From Azolla caroliniana (lineage: Eukaryota > Plantae > Polypodiophyta): a stretch of DNA of 64,000 nucleotides. Shown here piece after piece: positions 51,151 to 64,000 of this stretch. The position numbers and the translations under genes are program-made. The notes under the pieces were generated by a model. It worked only from the letters and a program-made list of their open reading frames with translations, did not search any database and was not told the origin of the DNA. The stretch covers positions 10,912,001 through 10,976,000 of the forward strand of contig JBHGNT010000004.1 in NCBI GenBank assembly GCA_043228905.1, read 5' to 3'. Every line of letters begins with the position of its first letter. The stretch's first letter is position 1.

Positions 51151-51879
51151 CCTTTAAGCTTCATGTTTTCTTCTTATACATGTTGAAGAGCAACCATGAT
51201 ATGGTTGAGATTGGCTTCTAACATGATTGCAAAGGAAAAGGTAAGGAAGGGATGGATCAAATTATAACAAGCCAAGAGTAGTGGACAATGAAGTCAAAAC
51301 TAGGTGTAACTTTCTAAAGAGTAATTAGAATACAATGAATAATGATTTGTTTCAAAATATCTATAGAAGAGCTTTCCAATAAGCTATAGAACTCAAGAAA
51401 TGGTGGTCATGAGCTGAAACTGTGTGAATAACAAAAACTATGATAGACTAGTACAAGAATACCTTATTCAAAAACTATGATAGACTAGTACAAGAATACA
51501 TACTAGATAGAATCAACTATATCTATTTGAAAAAAATCCAAATTCTATGAGGGAAACTTCTTGGAAAGGTCTTTAGAAAGACATGTCTTTCTAATGGGCT
51601 ATAAAACTTTAGAAACAGAGAGCTCAAAGTAGAAAATCATGTAAGGAACAAGATCAAGATACAAGAGGGATAGAGGAGTTCTCCTTTTATATTAACATTA
51701 GGATTACATGTGCCTCTCACGTAAATCCCCTTACTATATTAGAGATTACATGTGTCGCTCCTACATGTAATATTTGCATGTGATCATATTATACAATCAA
51801 CTTTGGTAAGAGTCACTTAATTAATCCTAACCTTTATAATAATTCCAAAACTTCACATTTATTCCATAAAATGAATAAC

Positions 51880-52262
51880 GGTTGTAATTGTTCACGATGT
51901 TGGAATGTGTGACTAGTTCAAAACAACTTCTTGAAGTATACTAAGCAACAACATAAACCTTACCTTTACAACTTTCATTCATTAATATTTGAAGGGGGTA
52001 CAAAGGTGATTGATGGTGCTATAGTGTTTTCAAAAGTCAACTAGTTCATAAGCTCTCTTACCATTTTTTCTAGTCCGTGCACTTACATGTAATTCCATTA
52101 TACATCCAAATAGTTTTGCCATTAATGAGCCGACCAATATGGTTTGATAATTGATACATTATTTACATTTCCACCTTTGTGTAAAGGTTTAATCCAATTT
52201 ATAGTCCACTCGTAGGGCATGCCATTTTGCAATGCATGGTTCAATATATCATGCATCCAATA
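51880..52262 (-). mobile_element. LINE RT fragment related to the element at 37991-40484
   Basis: Minus strand GMPYEWTINWIKPLHKGGNVNN...ILVGSLMAKL aligns with GFPPQWTMNTVVPIHKGGDPMD. Confidence 0.65.
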
Positions 52263-53012
52263 TCCAATATGAAAAAAAAAGACGTGAATTAGTCCCATTT
52301 TTAACTTTTAAATGCTTTTTGGTGGTGGAAGGCTAGAAGACAATTGCCATCATGGCCGTGGAGGAATTATAATAGAGTTGTAGACATCAACACGAGGGAG
52401 GTCTTGTAACAATGAAGTTTCTATAAAGCTTTGTATGATGTCACATCTCTGAAATACCACCATGCAACTCCTACAAACTACAACATGCCAAAGTTTGTCC
52501 TAGCTTCATGATTGACCTTTTAATACCTAAAACCATGGAAACTCATGTATGTACATATTTATAAATTTGACATCCAGAAATTTAAAGGATACTTCTACAC
52601 ATGGTAGTCATTAGCCTTGCATCTTAGATTCCAAACTCATTATCTCTAATAAACATGAGCAACATGATACAAAACGGATTAATGAACAAATGTATCCAGT
52701 AGCAAAAATCATTACTATCCAATAGCTAAAAAATCAATCTTTTCCAAAAATACATCTTGGCTCTACAATGGCATGTACATAGATATATGATCCACTAACA
52801 AAAACAAAGGACAAGAAGTTCAAAATTATTCTCAACGTTTCAATCTTTTGCTAAGGTTACAAAATTGACAATTTACAACTCTCATTATCATATATAGTGG
52901 CAACAAAAACAAGTGCTTTCCTCTAGGAGTTGAATGACATCCCATATGATTCCTTAAATTGTCCATCCTTAGCAGAACAGAACAATATATTGTTTTCGGA
53001 GCTCTTGCTTCA

Positions 53013-56000
53013 TTAGTAATGCTCGTTGAATAGATGGTTCCTGCACATTGAGAGACACTCTTAAGGAACAGAAATTTACAATAGTGCAGATTACTAGTTT
53101 ACAAGACAAGACCACTACCAAAAAAGTAACACAGCCCAGGAACCAAGTAGCTACCAGCAACAAAGAACTTGCTCTTCTTTTACGTATTTCATATTGGATC
53201 CATACCCTGGTGCGTTTAGAACTAACTTCTATAGCATGTTTCTCACTAACCCATGGATTTGGGTCTCAGTAATTGCCCACATGACATTGTGTAATGTAGG
53301 GTGTGAACATTTGACCTTTGGATGGATTTACTAACCCATGGATTAGAGTTCCATTAATCACCCAATTGAACATTTGACCTTCGGATCTCCATCCAACCAA
53401 CTTACCTGAGCTACATCAAGAGATGGTATATTAATGTCCATGGTACTGATAATCATACCAAAGCACTCTCCCTGGGCCTGTAGGTAGGGCACTTTAAAAT
53501 GATACAACAAATCACCCACCTCTCAGCTCTCAAACTAAAAATAAAAGTTGAGTTGAAATCTAAGCGTCATTCCTAATCATGATTAGAAATATTTAAGCCA
53601 TGAATACCCTGAATAGGATGAAGAAAGAACAGGTACTGATGTTTTAGTGCAAATCATTCTACAGATGATGGGTACAAGAGGTGTCTCCAATGATCTCCAA
53701 GGTGTTAGAGGTCATCAGTCCAAGATCATTCATTAAGGTAGTATCCTGATAGAGGAAATCGGGAAGACTGACAGAAGTTAAAGTGATCTTAGAATCTCAA
53801 GACAATGACATGGATATGTTCATGGAACCTCAAGAGGATATGAGGATCATTCCATGGAGAAGTCAAGCATGAAATAGATCAAATGTAAAAGCAGTCTTAT
53901 GAATACTATAATAAGGATCAGAGGCTGGTTATATTACTGAACATACTGAAAGACGAAATGTCTAGTAATATATTGTCAATGGCAAAGTTGGTTATGAAGA
54001 TGGAATATGTTGGAAATTAAGTGTCTCTTCAATTATATCCAACTATTTCTGGAAAAGTTTGGATGTCATGGTGTCACATGTAATTAAAGCACAAACTGGG
54101 ATGTCAAAGTCACTAACATAGATGGAATATGTTGGAACTTGGGTGTGCACCTCTTAAAGATTTTTCTTTAGTCATATACTAGTGTATCTGGAGAAGTTTA
54201 GATGTCATGGTATCACATGTCAGTAAAACGTGAACCGGAATTAGGTGATGCATCCAAAGATGGAGCATTTTTAATGTGGAAAATCTCTCAATCAAGATCT
54301 ACAAACATGATTCCGAATATCATGAGGAATATAAGATTCAAACTTGGTGGCTCCATTCATCTTTCACTAAACACAAGCGTACCAAAGAGAAACACTTCAA
54401 ACAATATATTGTACATAATCATACATCAAGACATTTCTGGTATATAGTACGAAGTGATTTTACCTCATTTGGTAACAAATACTAATTTTATTTGTTTCAG
54501 AAAATTTTTAGAATCTACGTGGATAGTTTTTAAAATTATGTTCAGCAACACTGTATTGAAGTTAACGGTTCGATGCCAAGCAAAATGACACAGCATACAC
54601 TACCTGGAAAAATCTAGACTTTGTACAATAATCCCATGAAGAATAAATTCTGTAGAATACACTCTAATACCTGAAACATACACCCCATATCAGTCAAATG
54701 TTATGCTAGCAAGAAAAATGGAGAACCTATAGACTTTGATATTACCTCTCCTTAGAAAACTAGCACAGAATTCAAAATCCTCCTTGCTAGCTATAACAAT
54801 TGGAGTAGATTTACACTCTTTTGTACCAGTTCTTACATTCTTCATGATCTGCAACCCAATGGACATGCTTTAAGAAGATAAGTATCAACATAATGCCTAG
54901 CCATATCGGCAAAAAGAAATTGCAAGTAAATTATCAGTTCCAAGTATTCACAAATAGCTGATTATATGACAACAAGGGTTTGCAAAGAACCTATAAAGTC
55001 TAAATCCCTGTCACTCCTATTTGTGTTTTGGGGTTTTTACTGCAGACACCCAGCAACTTTTAATGTTTTAGAGATTTGGATGCAAAAACTATAATGTCTC
55101 AGTTTCTCACATTTATGGCAGGCATTGAGGAAAGAAAGAAAGATATATTATCATCTGAATCTCTACAACATGGAAAGCTGTTGAGTATCTGTAACTTTAT
55201 TTTCTCCATCTCTATCTCCCGTTGTGTTTCCTCTTTCAAGGCTCTTTCTATATTATCTCTGATATGATTGACCACTTGGGTGATCAAATGGTTGTTAGAA
55301 TTTCCTTTCCCCTGTTTGACATCGAACAAAACGTGAATTTCAGGTTCCTTGTTAGCCCTTTAGAAACTACCTAGCGTGCCCCCATCCCGTCCTTTTCTTA
55401 TATGGTATCTTCTTGGGGTTCTCCATTGATCTTGCTCATGTTCATGATTAGGTCAGAAATTATGAAGAGATTAGGTTAAGCAAACAATGCAGAAAAATGC
55501 AGAGGGCAAAGACTGAAGGACAAGAACACAGAGATTAAGCAAACATATAGAAAATGTAGAGGGCCAGGATAGAAAAATGTAGAGGGAAAGATATAAATTG
55601 TTGATGAATAAAAATGAGGACAAATTAAGATTAACATCTTAGCAAGCAAAAGTAGATTGTGACTTTGTGTACTTGGGAGTCACTTCCATGGTACCACAGT
55701 TGAAGATGAGGAGGTATATGCTGAGAATAGACTGAGGAAGGGATATGTTGCTAATGGAGCACGAAGAGCACAGACACTGACATTTGGTTTTCAAAACCAA
55801 GACGAAGCTTTAGGCATTAATCAACATATTGTAGTCACAACCACATGTATGTTAAACAAATATAGGAACCAAACTTGATACACAGATGGCAGGCAGGTAT
55901 AGTCTATAGGGATGATAAGCAGGAGATAGTTGCTTCATGCATGGGGAATTAGGTAGGGCTTTTCTAGCCATTTCCTCAATATCTGCACAATGGTCCGAGT

Positions 56001-59000
56001 TTTATCATGAAATTGTGAGAGAACTGTTATGAACTGTTGTAAGGTACCAAAGAGGCTAGCATCAGCTTAAAGATAACATAAAACAAGAACTATATTTCAT
56101 CATGAGGTTCAAACCTTTTAAATACAAAAATGAGAGTGGGTTTTGTAACCATGCATTTATGAAAGAGGAAAAAAATATTCCTAGGTACATAAAGAGTTGA
56201 AGTAGTGGAGTAAAATTGCCTATAAAACCAAACAAGAGATTACATCTTAAAAAGAAGGATGTGGTAAATGTTCTAATGAAGTTGAGGTAAGTCTAGAGAG
56301 AGAAAATGTGTAGAGCGAGAGTGTAGAAGGGAGAGATTAGTTCTAGGGCTATTAGCCTCCAACAGATACAGCACAGTTTGGTACATGGGATTCAATCACT
56401 ATCCATCTCACTTCTTTTAATCCACATGGATAATGTAGATGAACTTTGAAAACATCAAAGCCTTCATGATTATGTGAAACGGATTCAAATATCTTGCATC
56501 ATACATAGGCAACGGTTGCAAGATTTAAAACTACTTGAAACATTCAATCCTATACCCTGCCTATTCTATAATCCTTTAGAATCTGTAATACTCCAACTCA
56601 CATATATCTACCTAAGGAAAATGAAGTTAAGGTAGATTATCAGGTCACAGCAAACAATACTTCCTAATGTTTTCAATTTGGCTGAAGGTATTACTTTTGA
56701 TCAGAAAAACTTTTGGGTTATCTAGAAGTGATTACAAAAACTATTCTCTAGTACCAAGAAAGGCAAAAAGATCTAGATCACCCTAAACTCAGCCTCCATG
56801 CAAAGAAACTAGTATTTCATTTCATGTCGGGGGTAAATTATAAGGTAATGTATAAATTCCACACCATATGATTCTCAGAAGCAAGCGGAAAAGCGCAGAT
56901 CTCCATCTTTACATAGTCACGAAGTATTTTTTAGTTTGATATTTGTTACCTTACCACCGGCACTTTTTATGATTGCACTCATTCCTTCAAAGTCCGGAAC
57001 TGTGTTAGGACTGACAATGAATGACATACCCTGAAATGAAATGAAAATAAACATGTCACAACACGGAAAAATCTAGATTCCCCCACATGAAAGGATTCAG
57101 AATTTGGCTGCATTTGACCTCCAACAAGGGTTTTTGTCTCGAAGCAGCCAGTGAAGAATGCATACAAAATCCCAGTTCCTTCTCTTTCTTAAGATCTCGC
57201 AGAATGTAATTTTTTTCATCCACAAAATAGTGAGCTAGATTACATCCTTCCAACCAGAGAGTTGTGACAATATTCTTTCCAGATGCTATGCTTTCTAGCA
57301 TGTTCTTCGTTCTAACAAAGGCATCAGAAATAAAGTGAGTAGAATCAGCAGCTTCATTTGCAGTTTGACCGCCAAGTCTTGTTAAAATCTGTATGGATGT
57401 TCCAATTATAAATAGAAATCGTAGGCATAAACCTTAGCTATAAACTATTATCTGTCTAAGAATCGACCTAAGTTACGTTTTAACAACTGGTTAGAATATT
57501 GTTACCTTTTTTTGGTGCCTCACAATGTCATTCGCTAAACTATGACTAAAGAGGACTCGGATGCAACTTGGTTCTCGTTTTCTTGTCTTTCTCCTTGCAT
57601 TATTGGTGATAGGTTCTAAAGTATTTACTTCTTTTGTTTTTTCTGACAGAACACCTTCATTCGGTCCAGCAAGAATGGAAAGCTTTTGCTTTTTATCATT
57701 ATGCTTTTGAGGATGGATCCGCTTTCCAAAACCAGGTTTACAAATTTTGTTTTCTCCATCCTGCTGAATCACCAAAGTATTTCTACTGGATGAAATTACT
57801 AAACTCCTTCGTTGGCTTCTTTTTCTTCTTGGAATTGCTAACGTCAAGAAACGGAATGGTGAATCTTTTCTACAACTAAAATCCTCCCTTGTCTTAGGCA
57901 AAACTGCCTTAAGTGTCTTTCCTTTATCAGCTGAAACAAACGTAGAGCTTTTCAATGCACATGATTCCTCAACCGTATTGAGGTCAGAAGACATCTTTGA
58001 ATTGATTGCCATATATTGGCCTAATGCATTTCTTTCACCCTTACTTACAGGTGGTTTTTTCTCTTTAGAAATCTCATCTCTGAGATTTTTCATATCTTTA
58101 TTTGAAGATTGCTGTTTCACTTTTCTAGGACCCACTGATATGCTTTTCTGTTTTCTTTTTTCAGTTTCCATATAATTTGGATTTTTCCTATTCCCATCTC
58201 CCATGGTGTTTATTGCCTCAAAAGCACTTTGAATACTAGTGGCAACATCAGAAGGTAGGACCTCAACCATGCCTAGATTATGATTACTGTCATTATTCAT
58301 CAAGGTATTACCTACCATCGGATCAATCCCCTCTAATGCATATTGTGAATCTGCACCAATGTCCACGGCCTCGCAATGTGTATTTGCAGCATTTGAATTT
58401 CTTGTCATGCTAGGAGTTTCATTCAACATAGTATGACTTATCATTAGATCCATTGCCTCTAAAGCTATTTGTGTATCTGCACCAATATCCACATCCTCTC
58501 CAAATAAATTTTCTGCATTTGAGTTTCCTGTCACACTAGCTGCCTCATTCTTTGTAGTATTACCTATCATTACACCCATCGCCTCTAAAGCTATTTGTGT
58601 ATCTGCACCAATATCCACATCCTCTCCAAATAAATTTTCTGCATTTGAGTTTCCTGTCACATTAGCTGCCTCATTCTTTGCAGTATGACCCATCATTAGA
58701 CCCATCACCTCTAAAGCTACTTGTGTATTTGCACCACTGTCCATATCCTCTCCATATGCATTTGCAGTAGGTGAACTACCTTTCAGACTAGCTATTTCAC
58801 TCGTAACATGGCCTATCATTGGATCCATTGCCTCTAGGTCCATTTGTGTAACTGCACCAGTACCCACAACCTCCCCATATGTATTTGCAGCATGTGACTT
58901 TCCTTTCACGCTAACTGTTCCACTCGTTGTTGTTTGGCATATCATTAGATCCATTGCCTCTAAAGCTATTTGTGTATTTGCACTGATGTCTAGATCCTCC

Positions 59001-61424
59001 CCATGAAAATTTTCAGCTTGTGAGTATCCTGCCACACTAGTTGTTTCTGGCATTGTATTATGTCTTATCATTAGATCCATTGCCTCTAAAGCTATTTGTG
59101 TATTTACGCCGTTTTCCATATCAACCTCATGTCCATTTGCAGCATGTGAGTTACATGTTACATTAGTTGTTTCATTCATTGTAGTATTGCTCATCATTAG
59201 GTCCATTGCCTCTAAAGCTATTTGTGTATTTGCACCAATGTCCATATCCTCCCCACATGAATTTGTTGTATCTTGCTGCACACGATGTTCACAACTGATA
59301 TCAGCACGCCTGATTGTGTTCATTGCATTTAAAGTGGTTTGAGTGTTAGCTTCTACTGACATATGCTCATCCAGCTTCGTATTACTGCCATGCCTCATTA
59401 AGGTTTTCCCCTCAACAGTCATTTGATTGCTAAAACTAAAGTCCTCTTTTTCCTCTACATGAATCTTCCTTGTTCGTACACCAGTATCATCCATCATTAA
59501 CTCTATTGCCTCTAATGCAATCTGTGTATTAGGACCAACGTCCTCTTCCTCAACCAAATGGGTATTATTTGCTTTCATTTCAGTGCTATGCATCATCATC
59601 TCTATTGCCTCTAGGGCTATTTGTGAACACAAACCAGTATCGCCTTTCTCAGCTACAGTTTTATTGCATTGCTTTAGTTCACTATTATACTTTGCATCCT
59701 TTATAGGGACCCTTGAATGGCAACTATATCCCTTCGTCTTGGCATAACTATGAGTTGAATCTTGTCGCTGAATACATTTGCCAGACTCCTCATGCGGTTT
59801 GGTTTGCCCTGGGTTTTTGTAAACAGAGTCATCCTTACAAGAAGTTCTTTTCCCAAGGACAGTAGAAGATTTTCTATCATTCACATCTGATGAGGCAGGG
59901 ATTATCGAATGGACACTATTTTCCTTCACCTTGGTATGAATATAGGTTGAAACTTGTTGCCGAATACTTTGTTTCTCAGATTGCATGGTTTTCTGTGGAA
60001 TTCGGTAATCCTTACATAAAACTCTTTTTCCGTGTACTAAAGAAGATCGTCCATGATTCACATCTAATGAAGAAGGGCATAATGACTGGACATTATTTTC
60101 CTTCAGATTCACATAATTATGGGTTGAAATTTGTTGGTGATTACATTTCCCAAGCGCATCAGGCAGCTTGGTTTGCTCTGGTGCTTCGTAAACACTATCA
60201 TCTTTATGAAAATTCTTTTTACTGAGGATTGAAGAAGACCTTCTATCATTCACACCCAATGAGGACACGACTCTTATATTGTCCTCTTGTGGCTTAGTCT
60301 TCTCTGGGATTTTGTAAACACGATTATACTTGCAAACAGCCTTTTCTCCGAGGGTTAATGAAGATCTTCTATCATTCACAACCAAAGAGAAAGGGAACCT
60401 GGTATGGACCCTTTCATCATCGGCATTGGAATAGCTAAATGTTGAACCTTCTTGTTCAATACATTTGCCAAACTCCTCAGGAAGGTTGGCTTGCCCTGTG
60501 GCTTGATAGATACAGTTATCTTTACATAAAGCTTTCTTTCCGAAGACTAAAGAAAGCCTTCTATCATTCACATCCAATGAGTGCTTCATTCCTTTTGTAA
60601 GTTGAGTTTCTTGTCCAGATACCTGGTTAAGAACTCGAGCGTCAGAAATAGCATCTGCAAACATAACCAAACAAGTGTGTCAACTATATGGGAAATATAA
60701 CTATTTCAAATATTAAAGAAGTTCCCTACTATGTGACATGGATATGTAAACACGATATGCATATCAATGCATATGCTTATGACCAACAAAATAATTCATC
60801 AAGTTTGTCTACTGTTTGTATTTTCTTTCAGTTTCAAATATTCTCCAACTTCCCTACTATATAAGATCGATATACAGATAGAGCATGCACATTCATCTGC
60901 AATTACATACCTGAATGGATCATCTTCATCGATGAGGACAGTAAAGAACCGTGATTTGCATCGGTTGATGTTTCATCAAAAGCTTTTCTTGAATTGCATG
61001 CCTCATGTATATGCTTTTCCATCACATTTTCACCAGGCTTCCGCCTTTTATATACTCTCCCATCACAGGAGGAGAGGCCATCATGCATACTACAAGGACT
61101 CTTCATACTGTAATGAGGATCAGAGTGGGCTACAAAGCATTTCTCCAGGGACGGATGAAATGAAGCCTGAAGTGATGGTGATGGTGATGGTATCGATGAA
61201 GGTAAGAATGATGATGATGCATCGGAAGAATATGAAATGCCAGTACCTTGTAAACATTCAGAATGTTTCTTACGCACAACATCTGAAATGTGGTCTCCTT
61301 CATATAAAGAAGAAATCCTCTGAGCCGCAGCTGCACGAAGACCTGATGCACGAAGAGCTTCGACACGAACAGAGGCAATACACGTGGGTTTTTTTGATGC
61401 GGAGTAACAATCTCTGATCATGGT
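53013..61424 (-). CDS. Tandem-BRCT, MDC1-like DNA-damage mediator protein; exons (start uncertain)..60911, 60654-57506, 57388-57119, 57030-56950, 54848-54746, 54670-54604, 53040-53013
   Basis: Phase-consistent GT-AG exons give IRVLFSHSL..QKKILTRLGG..THFISDAFVRTKNMLESIASGKNIVTTLWLEGC...VYSTEFILHGIIVQSLDFSRNHLF. The N-terminal ASVRVEALRASGL motif resembles this plant family as I recall it. The start codon and first exon are unresolved and may extend to about 61570 or beyond. Confidence 0.87.
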
Positions 61425-61635
61425 GATGGCTACATAAATATTGTACACACACGCTCACATTGTGATAATGGTTTGACAATGTCTGGAAGAGGTGGAGAAG
61501 AGCTTCTCGGGCATAGCAGCCATGAACAGCAGCATTCCGGTCGTCATCACCATCACCATCACCTTTGCTCTGCAAAAATGTATGTTACAACGTACTGGTG
61601 GTACCAAAGAAACAGAGTGAGTCTCCATGAGAATA

Positions 61636-61677
61636 TGTACATACATACATACATACTTATATAACTTACAACTTACA

Positions 61678-61713
<36 letters not shown>

Positions 61714-61748
61714 CTATGTATATATATATCAATATGTACATATATATA
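61636..61748. repeat. (TACA)/(TATG)/(TA) microsatellite cluster
   Basis: Seen directly. Confidence 0.85.
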
Positions 61749-62856
61749 AATAATGTGTCTGCGTGTGGGATCCACGCAAAGACTCCTTAACACTCTGTTA
61801 ACTCCTTTGGTTTTAAGATTTAAGAAGCTTCAAGGAGAAGAGAAGCCATGTGTGTCTCTGGAGTTGGGAATGAAGCCTTCCTTGCCTCCATGCTCGTGCC
61901 CCCCCACCCCCCCCCCCCTTCACACTGGCCCCACCAAACACCACAATACACGAACATGTTGAGTTAGTTGCCTACCGAGACTCTCGCATAAATCTTTTTC
62001 ATCATCTGGATCAACCATTTGATTTGCCTTTGAGACTTCTTTGAGAGGTTTGCTCAACTGTTCGCTTCTCCTTTTTTGTTGGTTGATCGACGATCCATTT
62101 GCATGTCTCAAATTCAAAAGTTGTCCAATCATACGGGACGTGGGGATGGGCAACATAATCAACTATTAATGTGAGCGTTGATTCGTTGAACTCCTTGCAA
62201 ATGGAAAAGGAGATGTAGATGCCTTTATTCTTGGTAGAGAAGCAACATCAACCGTCGTGAAGGCTTAATGGTTGATTGACGTTGTGTAGCAGCTGGATAG
62301 ATAAATAAACATGTGATTCCATTATTTGACTTTCATATGGCTCTTGAAAAACCTTTCAAATAGAAGAGGTGCCACTTTTGTAATAGACCTTTTCATTTAG
62401 AGGGAGGAGGCAAAAACATGACTTACAAGATAGAAAACGAGTTGTATAAGGGAGTTTCCATCGTCATAAATATAGGGGATGAGACTTTTTTAGTAATGGG
62501 AAACCTTGATTTGAGGTGAAACCGACAAAGCGAAGTACATAACATGTCGAGTAAAGAGCTTCGAATCACTTAATTTAAAGAATGCAACTTTGAAGTTGGA
62601 TATCCTTAGGTTGTAGAAAATTGAATGAAGATTGATTGAGGTGTTGCTTGAAGAATCTTAGCTTCCTACGCTTGGTTTTGGCATGCACCTTGCTTTTTCA
62701 CCTTTGCATGCAATCCTTTTCCTTGAGCACCTAGAGTGAGCAAAACATCGATATCTATGTCCATCCTTTGCATTTCTCTTCATCCATCCCATTGACATGC
62801 ACTTGATCTTTTGTAGTCCAAACAAGACTCGGACATCCTTCTTGTTCTACTAACAT

Positions 62857-64000
62857 TGTTGAGCGGCAAGCTCAATTGGAGCCGGATCGGCTGGATAAGC
62901 CTGAGCTGGTGAGCGAGACGGATCGGTGAGCCGGTGAGCACCCGGTGAGCAAAAGAGCTGGTGAGCTGGGGAGCCGGTTAGCCGGATCCATCAGTAACCG
63001 GAAGCCTAGTAGCAGCTAGACTACTAGGGAGTTAATACTCTCGTAGTTAGTGTTAGACGCTTGAGTGAGCATTGAAGTATACCGTACTTCTGTTAGTCCG
63101 TATGGACTTGTATAAAAGTGTTCGCTGAACACATACTATGTACAAAGCGTTGATATAATTTTTGAATAGAGATTCTTGTTCTCTCTCTGTCTGTCTCTCC
63201 CGTGTACTGTTAAGCTTTCCATTAAACCTGTTCTCTATTTTCTGTTTTTTATTGCTTCCGCACGCTATTTGTTTTTACATGGTATCAGAGCGCGAGGGTT
63301 GAGAACCTCTGCAGTCGACATTCGCTTTCGCAAGAAGAAAACCTAACCTTTGTAAAGAACAGAAGGAAAAAAAAAACAATGGATAGAGGAATGGCTAGCT
63401 CGCTTCCAGTGGAGAAGCTCGACAGATCCAACTATGCATCTTGGTCATACAAGATGCATTAGTACTTGCTTGGGCATGGTTACTAGAGCTATGTTGACGG
63501 AGATAACGACACAGCACTTGATGCGGCACACAAGGACTTCCCGGTGTGGGAACAATCGGCAAGCAGAGTGATGTATTGCTTTGCGTCCGGTGTTAGAGAC
63601 CAGTTGTTGAGCCACGTCCGAGATGTTGGGACGCCAAAAGAGGCTTGGGGAAACTTGAAGAAGGTGTTCACCGCAAGCACCACAGCTCGGAAGCTGCAAC
63701 TCCGATAGGAGTTGAGCAATGTCCGACAGAAGGACATGTTAGTGGCTGATTACACGACCTAAATCAAAGAGATCTGTGACTCGCTTGCCTCTATAAACGT
63801 CAATGTAGAGGAAGACGAGATGGTACAGGTCTGTCTCGGGGGCTTGGTGTCTAAGTTCCGAGCTTTCCAGACAGCAGTATGTATGAGGGAGAATATGCCG
63901 TCAATTTCGACTTACAATCGATGCTCCTTGTAGAGGAGAACCACGCCGGTGCGTCAACAAGTGCACCCACCGACAGCCGGATGTTGTACATGGAGGCGGA
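62857..64000 (+). mobile_element. copia family A element, 5' end (LTR 62857-63279, PBS 63280-63291, gag from 63379 with stops), runs off the window
   Basis: TGTTGAGCGGCAAGCTCAA...TTTTACA, TGGTATCAGAGC, MDRGMASSLPVEKLDRSNYASWSYKMH*. Confidence 0.95.

Noticed and set aside
60767-61417. 216-aa plus-strand ORF
   Set aside because: Antisense to the BRCT exon and derived from simple repeats.
29040-61424. SSB plus BRCT gene as a DNA-repair gene cluster
   Set aside because: They are more than 20 kb apart, act in different compartments and show no sign of co-regulation.
62852-62856. Same AACAT 5-mer flanking LTRs at 21604 and 62857 as target-site specificity
   Set aside because: Only two cases, the other complete insertion has ATAAG, and the second TSD of the 62857 element is outside the window.

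Overview
Eukaryotic land-plant genomic DNA. It is probably a fern or another seed-free plant; this is inferred from Tcn1-like chromovirus and RTE-X-like LINE remnants and is not proven. About two thirds of the window is nested retrotransposon sequence. One Ty1/copia family dominates: a structurally complete copy at 274-6288 (TSD ATAAG, tRNA-iMet PBS, PPT), several decayed copies and a solo LTR. Other copia, Ty3/gypsy and LINE remnants are also present. Three spliced host genes can be reconstructed: a 115-aa conserved coiled-coil protein (minus), a divergently transcribed organellar single-stranded DNA-binding protein (plus), and a large tandem-BRCT, MDC1-like DNA-damage mediator (minus). The best second-look items are: (1) about 13 copies of a TQ-containing motif in the BRCT protein; (2) a ~250-aa conserved extension of copia Pol beyond RNase H, between two polypurine tracts; (3) an 11-nt Tf1-type self-priming signature in a gypsy element; (4) a decayed tandem array of tRNA-Thr(AGT) units; (5) an inverted second copy of a copia carrying an antisense LTR at the same junction. 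I found no CRISPR array, rRNA or prokaryote-type system, and novelty cannot be established without database searches.
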